Notes under the pieces: generated by a model | Told to the model about the DNA's origin: nothing | Databases searched by the model: none | Seen by the model: the letters and a program-made list of their open reading frames with translations, nothing else | Shown: positions 1 to 8,607 of the stretch, piece by piece | Numbering within the stretch: the first letter of the stretch is position 1 | How the letters are laid out: the number at the start of each line of letters is the position of its first letter | Position numbers and translations under genes: made by a program | Assembly (NCBI GenBank): GCA_048941265.1 | Contig: JBHLNT010000054.1 | Location: forward strand, 1 to 24,875 | From: Promethearchaeota archaeon | GTDB lineage: Archaea; Asgardarchaeota; Lokiarchaeia; Sigyniarchaeales; SOKP01 | Direction: 5' to 3' | Length of the DNA: 24,875 bases

Positions 1-146
1 ATTTTTAAGTGTAAAATACAATAGTAAATTTTGACTAATTTTTTTAGTATATTTAAAATATTAAAATTTAATTTAAATTGTAAAAAATGATAAAATTCTT
101 TTTATATTATTAAATAATATCTTTTCTCAAAAAGATCTTTTATAGA

Positions 147-1868
147 ATGGAATATCAAAAATTAAATGATAAGAAATATTCAGTAATAAATACTAGAACC
201 CATTGGGAATTTTATCTAAGCTTAATAATATTTTGGGGAATATTTTTCATTATTCTCTATTATTCAATGAGTTTAAATAACGGAAATATTATTTATTCTT
301 TAGATGATTGCTATATTCATATGGCTATAGCTAAAAATTTTTCACAATATGGGATTTGGGGCATAAATAAAGATAAATTTTCATCCACATCATCATCATT
401 ACTCTATACACTATTACTATCTCTAATATTTTTTATAATTGGCCCTAATGAGCTAGTCCCCCTTATATTAAATCTTATTTTTGCCAACTTTTTAATTTAT
501 CAAGTATATGAAATCGTTAAAATCAAAAACCAGCTACCTCCCTACGCTACTTTTATATTATTATTATCAGTAATTTTCTTTCTACCGCTGCATTCATTAG
601 TTTTTATAGGTTTAGAACATACTCTTCAGATTATCATAGATTTATATATGATTTTCATTGCTGTAAGAATTTTATCTGATGGTCATTTACAATTGAATAA
701 ATATAGTTTAAATAGAGATAAATGGACATTACTATTAATAGGTCCATTAGTATCAATGGTTAGATTTGAAGGTATGTTCATTATAGTAATAATTTGTTTT
801 TTATTTTTACTTAGAAAAGATTATAAATACTCAATAATGATAGGAAGTATAAGTTTTCTTCCCATCATTATTTATGGTTTAATTTCCTTATCTCATGGAT
901 GGTTTTTCTTTCCTAATTCTGTAGTGGTAAAAAGTGCACTTTTAGATTTCAATTCTTCATCCCTAGATAAAAAAATTAAAATTTTTGACCCAATGGGTAT
1001 GTTTTACTATGCTCCCCATTTATTAATATTCTTTTTAGGAGCATTATTAATTTTTTATATTCATTGTTTTAATAAAAAAGATATTTGGAATCAAAAAGCA
1101 TTAATAGCAATAATTTTTATAGCTACATCAATATGTCAAATATTCTTTGCAACAGTCTCTCTAAAGGGAATTTATGGCTCAAGATATGATGCTTATCTAA
1201 TTTGTATAGGAATTATTCTAATATTTATATCAATTTCAAAGCAGTTACCCCAGAAACTTTCATTTGATATTCTTAAAAATTATTTTTTTAAGAGAGAAGA
1301 TAATTTAGAATATTCCTTTTTAAGGTTATTAACTATAATTCTTATAATTATTATTTTTTATACACCTTTAGTTCATCGTGGAATTGAAACAATAGAAGAT
1401 ATTCCTCAAGCTACTAATAATATTTATGATCAACAATACCAAATGGGACTTTTTCTAAAAAAATATTATAATGAGAAATGTATTGCTGCAAATGATATTG
1501 GTGCAATAGATTATCTTACTGATGTTAAATGTGTGGATTTATGGGGATTAGGAGATATAGATACAGCAAAAGCAATAATTAATGATGATCTGGATAATGA
1601 AACTATTTATGATATAGCAAAAAAGAATAATGTCATAATTGCAATTATTTATGAATCCAATTATTTTGGGTATGAGATACCTACTGAGTGGATAAAGGCG
1701 GGTCAATGGACTATTAGCGATAATAGAGTATGCTATTCTAGTAAAGTTTCTTTTTATGCTGTTGATACGGAAAAATATGATGCATTAATTAATAACCTCA
1801 AAGATTTTTCTTCGTTCCTCCCAAATACAGTAAAAGAATCTGGAAATTATACAGAATCAAATACTTAA
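147..1868 (+). CDS. GT-C fold membrane glycosyltransferase, AftB/GT89-related (polyprenyl-phospho-sugar dependent)
   Basis: 573 aa with many TM segments. The first external loop reads SLDDCYIHMAIAKNFSQYGIWGINKDKFSSTSSSLLY (acidic DD pair at 53-54). Later motifs VRFEG, FPNSVVVK, NDIGAIDY and VDLWGLGD fall in the order recalled for AftB-like GT-C enzymes. Soluble C-terminal domain. Confidence 0.75.
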   Translation: MEYQKLNDKKYSVINTRTHWEFYLSLIIFWGIFFIILYYSMSLNNGNIIYSLDDCYIHMAIAKNFSQYGIWGINKDKFSSTSSSLLYTLLLSLIFFIIGPNELVPLILNLIFANFLIYQVYEIVKIKNQLPPYATFILLLSVIFFLPLHSLVFIGLEHTLQIIIDLYMIFIAVRILSDGHLQLNKYSLNRDKWTLLLIGPLVSMVRFEGMFIIVIICFLFLLRKDYKYSIMIGSISFLPIIIYGLISLSHGWFFFPNSVVVKSALLDFNSSSLDKKIKIFDPMGMFYYAPHLLIFFLGALLIFYIHCFNKKDIWNQKALIAIIFIATSICQIFFATVSLKGIYGSRYDAYLICIGIILIFISISKQLPQKLSFDILKNYFFKREDNLEYSFLRLLTIILIIIIFYTPLVHRGIETIEDIPQATNNIYDQQYQMGLFLKKYYNEKCIAANDIGAIDYLTDVKCVDLWGLGDIDTAKAIINDDLDNETIYDIAKKNNVIIAIIYESNYFGYEIPTEWIKAGQWTISDNRVCYSSKVSFYAVDTEKYDALINNLKDFSSFLPNTVKESGNYTESNT

Positions 1869-2120
1869 AAAAATTATTATACTTTATTCCAAATTATTTA
1901 CATATTTTATACCAAATACCTCTATCGAATTATAAACATCGAAAAAATTCAAATCAAATTTTTGACTTTAAATAAACGACATTTAATAAGAGATTTTCAA
2001 AAATTAAAAATCTTAGATTTTTTTAATATCAAGTTAAAAAATTTATTTAGATTAGAGAAATAGTAAAAGAGTAATCAATTGGTTTTGAAATTATAATAAT
2101 ATTTTATTAATTTCAAGATT

Positions 2121-2128
2121 TTTATAAA
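2121..2128 (+). promoter_or_regulatory. Candidate archaeal TATA box (TTTATAAA) for the GT4 at 2162
   Basis: TTTATAAA begins 41 nt before the ATG, the same offset as the TTTATAAA before the ATA start at 23672. The AT-rich background makes this weak. Confidence 0.3.
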
Positions 2129-2161
2129 ATAAGTATAAAATCATAATTTATCAGTTAGAGT

Positions 2162-3358
2162 ATGAAAATTTTATATTTTGTGCAAGGTTTTCCCCCAAGT
2201 ATTGGAGCTGCTGCGCTTAATTCGTATAAAATTGTAGAATTTCTATCTAAATTTGGCCATAATATTTTAGTATTAAGTCCAGGTGTATTTAGTAAAACAT
2301 CTGATTTTAATGATTTTAAATGGGCTCCTAATTCTTATGTCCATATAAATTATTCAAGTACTCTTTTTAAAGCCCCATTAAATTTAATTATTTCTCATTT
2401 TGAAAATTTTTTTAAATATATTTTAAAAATAAAACAAAAATTCAAGGCAGATTTAGTTCTATCTCAATATCATGCCTATCATTATGCTAGTGTAGCTGGA
2501 GGATATATGTCTAAGATATTTAAAATTCCCCATGTTATACGTTCACATGATATTTTTTTTCCAACATATACTTTCTCTCTCCCTTTTAAAATCTTTCATT
2601 CTTTAATTTACCCCGAAATATATCACTCTATCTTCAATTCTGATATTTTTTATGTTACTACATCTGAGATGAAAAAATATTATTTGAATTTTAAGAAATT
2701 AAAACATATTAATTTTAAAATTCAATATAATGGTATTGATGTAAATAAATTCTTCCCTTTTAAGAATCAGGAGGAATTAAAAGATAAATTTGGATGCAAC
2801 ACCATTATTAGTTTTGTTGGTCAAATTTCAAGGGATTATGATTTACAATATATCATAAAAATTCTACCAGAACTGTTAAAAACTTATAAAGAAACTCATT
2901 TTTTAATTATTGGGAGTGGGCCCTATGAAAGAAATCTGTTAAAATTTTTACAAAATAGTAATCTAACAAATAAAGTTCATTTGCTTGGAATAAAACCTCA
3001 TCATGAAATCCCTTATTTTATTAATAATAGTGATATAGGTATTGGTAGAATAACACATGATTTAATTTGGCGATATATGATTCCCGTAAAATGTTTAGAA
3101 TATATGGCATGCATGAAACCTTTTATAACTGCACCAATTTCAACAGATATAATAAAAGATAATGATGTGGGTTTAGTATTAAAAAGAAATTTTAGACAAA
3201 AAGATATACTGGAATCTTTATCTTTTTTAATAGAAGATAAAAACTTAAGAATGAGATTAGGAAAAAATGGCATTGAAAAAATTAATCAAAAATTCAGGTG
3301 GGAAAAAATAATGAAAGATTTTAATAATGATTTAGTTCAATTGATAAATAGGATCTAA
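2162..3358 (+). CDS. Glycosyltransferase family 4 (GT-B)
   Basis: N-terminal MKILYFVQGFPPSIGAA, then YNGID, FVGQI, IIGSGP, PVKCLEYMACMKP and C-terminal FRWEKI, all typical of GT4. Confidence 0.93.
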   Translation: MKILYFVQGFPPSIGAAALNSYKIVEFLSKFGHNILVLSPGVFSKTSDFNDFKWAPNSYVHINYSSTLFKAPLNLIISHFENFFKYILKIKQKFKADLVLSQYHAYHYASVAGGYMSKIFKIPHVIRSHDIFFPTYTFSLPFKIFHSLIYPEIYHSIFNSDIFYVTTSEMKKYYLNFKKLKHINFKIQYNGIDVNKFFPFKNQEELKDKFGCNTIISFVGQISRDYDLQYIIKILPELLKTYKETHFLIIGSGPYERNLLKFLQNSNLTNKVHLLGIKPHHEIPYFINNSDIGIGRITHDLIWRYMIPVKCLEYMACMKPFITAPISTDIIKDNDVGLVLKRNFRQKDILESLSFLIEDKNLRMRLGKNGIEKINQKFRWEKIMKDFNNDLVQLINRI

Positions 3359-3605
3359 ATAATATACAGAATTTAGGATTTTAATTGAATTATTTTTATT
3401 ATTTCTTTTAAATTGAAATAACTATTTTGAATTATGATCTAATAAAACTTTTATAAAATTAACCGCTTGAGAAAGTACAGAAAAAATAAGCCTATTGCTA
3501 ATATTGTTTTTAAATTTCTTCTATAAAATTACAGAATAATCAAAGCTTACCCTCGTTTTATGTAAATATTAAAGTTTTAAAGTTAGAAAAGATTTTGATA
3601 TTAAA

Positions 3606-5213
3606 ATGGAATTACAAGAAAGAGATAGATTTGTACAAAATTCCTATATTCTTATGATAGGATATTTAATGTCCTCTGCAATATCATCAATAGGTACAAT
3701 AATAATGATTAGATTAATTTCAGTTGAAGAATATAGCTTTATTACTATCGCTTATATAATTCCAGCAATATTGATTGTAATCTCAGAATTAGGCTTAAAT
3801 TTTGCAAGTACTCATTTCATCGCAAGAAAAATTAAGGAAGAGAGTTATAAGGATGTTAGAAATATCATAAAAATTAATTTAATTATTAAAATCATTATTA
3901 GCATATTCTTTACTCTGATTGTTATTATTTTTTCAAATTATATTGCTAAAAAGATTTATAATATCCAAGATGATCGAATGGTTTTACTGATTCAACTAGC
4001 TTCAATTGGAATTATTGCTAATATCTTATATGATACAATAAATTCCTTCTTCTTAGGTGCTTTAAATACGAAAATGGTTCAAATAGGTACAATTCTCCAA
4101 ACATCATTAAGAACAATATTAACTATTAGTTTGATCTTAGTTGGTTTTACATTATTTGGTCCTATGATTGGTTTCGTTCTCCCTCCATTAATTGTGGTTA
4201 TCATTTATTTATTTTTATTAAAAAAGTTCTTCTTTAAAGAAAATACTAATAATGAAGCTATAGATTGGAAAAAATTATCGGAAATGGTGAAGTATGGATA
4301 CCCTCTTTTTTTATATTCCATCATTATTAGCATTCACGTTCAATGCTTCGTATTGATCTTAACGATTTACGGTTTTCTAACAGAAGTAAGTTATTTTAAT
4401 GTTGCGATTGTAAGTGCTTCAGTTATGGGAATATTAACAAAATCTATTAAATATACTCTTTTTCCAATTTTTTCAAAAAAAGATTGGGATAAAATAGATG
4501 AAAGAGAAAAATTAATTAAAACTTTCCAGTTTTCTTTAAAATTTTGTTCTTTATTAATTTTACCTGTAACTATTTTACTAATCTTATTTTCTGGTAATAC
4601 TTTTCCATTAATTTTTGGAGAGAAATACAGAGAAGCATCTCCCTTTATCTCAATTTATTTATTCATATTCTTACTTTGTTCTTTCGGATATTTATCTATT
4701 CCCGCATTTTTTAATGGTCAAAAAAAAACCAAATACGTATTTCTTATAGAATTATTAGAATTTTTGGCAAGCTTAATTTTTGCCTTAATCTTAATTAACT
4801 TCTATGGAGGAATAGGCGTAATTTTTGGAATCGTAATTGGAACGGTCATCAGTGTATTTTTTGGGAATATATTGATTTTAAAGGAATATGGAAAAGTCTT
4901 ATATTCCAATTTACACAATATTATAATAATATTTGTAGTATCAATCTTTTGTGGATTTCTAACTTATATTATATACAATATACTTGGAATTTTTATATAT
5001 GAAGATTTCATTCTTTTTAAATTGTTAAAATTAGCATTAGCATTCTCATTTTATATGATTATATTTTTGTTGCTTATTGGTTTTTTTTCCCAAATTACAT
5101 TAGACGAATTAACATTTTTTGAAAATACTTTCGAAAAATTTCCGGTAGTTAATAAAATTATATTTATAATTTCAAATTTTGAAAAAAGAATTATTAGAAT
5201 TAGAAAGAAATAA
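3606..5213 (+). CDS. Oligosaccharide flippase (Wzx/MOP superfamily)
   Basis: 535 aa with about 14 TM segments. N-terminal FVQNSYIL..RLISVEEYS..ELGLNFASTHFIA, central KMVKYGYPL-type motif (SEMVKYGYPLF) and TLFPIFS match polysaccharide-biosynthesis flippases. Confidence 0.9.
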   Translation: MELQERDRFVQNSYILMIGYLMSSAISSIGTIIMIRLISVEEYSFITIAYIIPAILIVISELGLNFASTHFIARKIKEESYKDVRNIIKINLIIKIIISIFFTLIVIIFSNYIAKKIYNIQDDRMVLLIQLASIGIIANILYDTINSFFLGALNTKMVQIGTILQTSLRTILTISLILVGFTLFGPMIGFVLPPLIVVIIYLFLLKKFFFKENTNNEAIDWKKLSEMVKYGYPLFLYSIIISIHVQCFVLILTIYGFLTEVSYFNVAIVSASVMGILTKSIKYTLFPIFSKKDWDKIDEREKLIKTFQFSLKFCSLLILPVTILLILFSGNTFPLIFGEKYREASPFISIYLFIFLLCSFGYLSIPAFFNGQKKTKYVFLIELLEFLASLIFALILINFYGGIGVIFGIVIGTVISVFFGNILILKEYGKVLYSNLHNIIIIFVVSIFCGFLTYIIYNILGIFIYEDFILFKLLKLALAFSFYMIIFLLLIGFFSQITLDELTFFENTFEKFPVVNKIIFIISNFEKRIIRIRKK

Positions 5214-5270
5214 CAAATTTCATATAATATCTAATTAGATCTACTTAACTACATTATTCTAGTATTAAAT

Positions 5271-6422
5271 ATGCATATTTGTATAGTAATAGGAAATACC
5301 CATCCTAATAGAAAATTAAACCTAAATGTTGGAGGAGTTGCCAATCAATTATTGCTTTTATTGCATTCATATGAAAAAATTAAAGATATAAAAATTTCAT
5401 TAATAACAAAATATTCGGAATATATACCTATATCAAATAAAGTTAAAATTTACAGGATTCACAAATTCAATAACTTTTACATTGACACACTTTATTTTTT
5501 AATAAAAACACCCTTTAAAATCATAAAAATTCACAAAAAAGAACCTATTTCTATAATTAATCTACATCAATATACTGTTTTTATGTTATTTCCTATTCTT
5601 ATTCGTTTAATCTTTAAAATTCCAATTTTAATGAAATTTCCTCAAACCTTTCAAAATTTGAATAGAGAAATAAATGAACCAAAAAAAATTCGAATGAAGT
5701 TGTATGGATACAGTTGGTTAAAATTTTTTACAAGAATATTACTTAAAAAAATTAATTATATTAGAGCTATTAATGACGAAATTTATAATCAAATTAAAAA
5801 GTTAAATTATCCAGAAGAGAATATTTTAAGAATTCCTAATGGGATCTTAACAGAAAGATTTTTAGCGATCAAGAAAGAAGAGAGAGACCATATTAATTAT
5901 AGTTTTATTGGACGATTTATAGCATTAAAAAATATTAGATATTTACTTAAGGTTTTTAGAAACTATTTGACTATTTACCCTAATGATGAACTATTATTGT
6001 ATGGAGAAGGGCCAGAAGAGCAATATATCTTAAATTATATCAAAAATAATAATTTAGAAAGCAAAGTAATTCTTAAGGGTTTTGAGAAAGATAAAACTAA
6101 AATTTATTCAAAAAATGATGTATTAATTAATCCCTCATTTGGTGAAGGAATTTCTAACGTAATATTGGAAGCGATGAGCACAGGGACTTTTGTAATCGCT
6201 TCTAACGTGTATGGTAATCGGGATTTAATCAAAGATCATTTTAATGGGTTATTATTTAACCTAAAAGATGAAAATGATTTGTTAAATAAATTAATTTATT
6301 ATAAAGAAAATGCAAATATGATTGAGGAAATATTGAAAAATGCTAAGGAATTAGTCTTATCGAAATATGATATTAACTTAATTACTTATCAAATTTATCA
6401 ATTTTTAAAACAAAAAATTTGA
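5271..6422 (+). CDS. Glycosyltransferase family 4 (GT-B)
   Basis: Motifs IPNGI, FIGRF..LKN, YGEGPE and SFGEGISNVILEAMSTG (EX7E motif). Close paralogue of the GT4 at 23672..24829. Confidence 0.95.
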   Translation: MHICIVIGNTHPNRKLNLNVGGVANQLLLLLHSYEKIKDIKISLITKYSEYIPISNKVKIYRIHKFNNFYIDTLYFLIKTPFKIIKIHKKEPISIINLHQYTVFMLFPILIRLIFKIPILMKFPQTFQNLNREINEPKKIRMKLYGYSWLKFFTRILLKKINYIRAINDEIYNQIKKLNYPEENILRIPNGILTERFLAIKKEERDHINYSFIGRFIALKNIRYLLKVFRNYLTIYPNDELLLYGEGPEEQYILNYIKNNNLESKVILKGFEKDKTKIYSKNDVLINPSFGEGISNVILEAMSTGTFVIASNVYGNRDLIKDHFNGLLFNLKDENDLLNKLIYYKENANMIEEILKNAKELVLSKYDINLITYQIYQFLKQKI

Positions 6423-6511
6423 TTTAAATTATAATATTATAAATACACAAATTCTAACTTTAACAGAGAAATTATTAATTAATCGTAAAAAAACATGTTA
6501 TTGATCTTCCA

Positions 6512-7582
6512 TTGATCGGAAAAATTATATCCAAATCAAGTTTTTACCAAATTAGAGATGTTATTCTTTTTATTTTGGATAAATTCGGGATTAATGAGAT
6601 TTTTAGGTTAAAGAATAAAGATAAATATATAATTTTATGGTATCATGGAATTAGCAAACGTTATATAAGCTATTCGAAAAGACACGTAGCAGTTTTTGAA
6701 TTTGAAAGAGAAATAAAATATCTTAAAAGAAAAAATTATATTTTTATAAATTTAACAGATTTAAATTTAGTTACAAAACTCAAAAAAAGAGAAAAATTCA
6801 ATCAAAGATATGTAATAATAACATTTGACGATGGATTTATAAATGTTATTAAAAATGCTTATCCAATAATGGAAAAGTATGTTGCAAAAGGAATCCTATA
6901 CCTTGTTACGGATGTAATTGATAAAAATCAGTTATTATGGACGGATTTTATTGAAGTATTAATTCGAAATTCATTCAACTTAAAATTTAAATTCATTTAT
7001 AATGATGAGCTAATATATTATAACTTAAATTCAGAAAATGATGTCCAGAAAGCATGCAAAGATATAAAAGAAAAACTTAGGAAAGTAGATAATACTAAAA
7101 GATTAGAACTTTTAAAGCAATTTGGGATTCCAAATACATTATCTTCATTTAAATCAATACCACAAGAATATCTTATTGTAAATTGGAGTGATATAAAAAG
7201 ATTAAATAAGAAAATATTAGAAATTGGATGTCATACTAAAACTCATCCTAATTTAAAGAGATTGAGATCAGATCTAGAATTTGATCAAGAATTAAAAGAT
7301 TCAAAAGATATAATTGAAAGTAAAATTGGATATGAAATCAAGCATTTTTGTTATCCTGGTGGGGCATTTAACGATAATGTAATTCAATATATAAAGAAAT
7401 TCAATTATAAAACAGCAACTACCACCTTAGATGGATTAAATGATAAAAAAACAGATTTATTTAAATTAAAAAGACTCCAAATGCAAAATAACTATATAGT
7501 TTTTAAATGTAAAGTTAGTGGTTTTTATAGTTACATAAAAAAATATTTATATAATTATTCAAACCTTTTAAGAAAGATTTAA
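6512..7582 (+). CDS. Polysaccharide deacetylase (CE4/NodB homology)
   Basis: Motifs ILWYHG, ITFDDGF, EIGCHTKTHPNL, FCYPGG and TTLDGLN..LKR. TTG start; the first in-frame ATG lies after the catalytic DD. No obvious signal peptide. Confidence 0.92.
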   Translation: MIGKIISKSSFYQIRDVILFILDKFGINEIFRLKNKDKYIILWYHGISKRYISYSKRHVAVFEFEREIKYLKRKNYIFINLTDLNLVTKLKKREKFNQRYVIITFDDGFINVIKNAYPIMEKYVAKGILYLVTDVIDKNQLLWTDFIEVLIRNSFNLKFKFIYNDELIYYNLNSENDVQKACKDIKEKLRKVDNTKRLELLKQFGIPNTLSSFKSIPQEYLIVNWSDIKRLNKKILEIGCHTKTHPNLKRLRSDLEFDQELKDSKDIIESKIGYEIKHFCYPGGAFNDNVIQYIKKFNYKTATTTLDGLNDKKTDLFKLKRLQMQNNYIVFKCKVSGFYSYIKKYLYNYSNLLRKI

Positions 7583-7649
7583 TATCTTAAATAAGAGAGT
7601 TTTAATAGCATGTAGTTGAAATAAAAGGATTGGAAATTCATCTTGAATT

Positions 7650-8471
7650 TTATACGATCTCTCTGAAAATTATCGGATTCTGTTTTAATTTAAACCCCTC
7701 TTTTCGATAAATTTTCATCCTAATTTTTAATAAGATATACCTAAAAAAAACTAAGAATAAATTAAATGCTAATTTGTTAAGAATTATTCTTGATTTACCA
7801 TGAATTCGATCTAATAAACTTATTGGAACCTCTATAATCTTATATCCATTTAGAATAGCCCTAATAATTATTTCTGTTGTAAAAGCATAATTTTTAAATT
7901 GAATGTCATTAAACAGATATAAAATGTTTTTATTAAATGCTCGAAAACCGCCTTGATTATTTTTAATTCTAGTGCGAAAGAAAAGAATTAATAATTTCTC
8001 AATTAAAATTTCTCCTATTCTTGTTGAAATAGGTAAATTATAGTGGTAAGATCCAAGGTATCTTGAACCGATAGTAAAATCTGCTTCTCCATTTATTATA
8101 GGTTTTATTAAATTATAAAGATCACTAGAGCGATGTTGGCCATCAGCATCCATTGTAATTATAATTTTTCCCTTAGCTTTTCTAATACCTGTTAAAATTG
8201 CTTCTCCATAACCTTTATTTCTTTTATGTTTATATAATTTAATTTCACGACCTTTTTGAGCTCTTTTTATTTCAGAAATGCTATTATCTATAGAATGATC
8301 ATCAACAACAATTATTTCTATATAAGATTTATTTGGTAAACTATTTAATATGGAAAAGATAGTAGTCTCCTCATTGTAAACCGGCATTACAATTGATAAT
8401 AAATAATTGAAATTTTCCGTTTTTATCAATTCCAAGTGATTGTATAACTGATCGAAATAAAAAGTTTTCAA
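7650..8471 (-). CDS. GT2, DPM1/AglJ-like polyprenol(dolichol)-phosphate glycosyltransferase
   Basis: Motifs SIVMPVYNEE, VVDDHSID, NKGYGEAILTG, MDADGQH, GSRY, GGFRAF and EVPI..R..GKS are characteristic of DPM1-like GT2. TTG start. Confidence 0.88.
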   Translation of the reverse strand: MKTFYFDQLYNHLELIKTENFNYLLSIVMPVYNEETTIFSILNSLPNKSYIEIIVVDDHSIDNSISEIKRAQKGREIKLYKHKRNKGYGEAILTGIRKAKGKIIITMDADGQHRSSDLYNLIKPIINGEADFTIGSRYLGSYHYNLPISTRIGEILIEKLLILFFRTRIKNNQGGFRAFNKNILYLFNDIQFKNYAFTTEIIIRAILNGYKIIEVPISLLDRIHGKSRIILNKLAFNLFLVFFRYILLKIRMKIYRKEGFKLKQNPIIFREIV

Positions 8472-8607
8472 TAAAAATTATCCCTTATATCGGTTTAAAA
8501 AATGCATTCTGATGTTAATATATTATTTATAAAATATTTAATTTTTTAATATAAAAAATGGATTCTATCAATTTAACTAAATACCAATAAATTATAAAAG
8601 AATTATA

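Noticed and set aside
1869-2161. Possible ncRNA, repeat or small ORF in the long spacers (also 3359-3605)
   Set aside because: Only A/T-run pseudo-palindromes are present, with no GC-rich structured segment, tRNA pattern, direct-repeat array or credible ORF.
3013-3273. 86-aa minus-strand ORF
   Set aside because: Fully antisense to a well-supported GT4 and has no motifs; shadow ORF.
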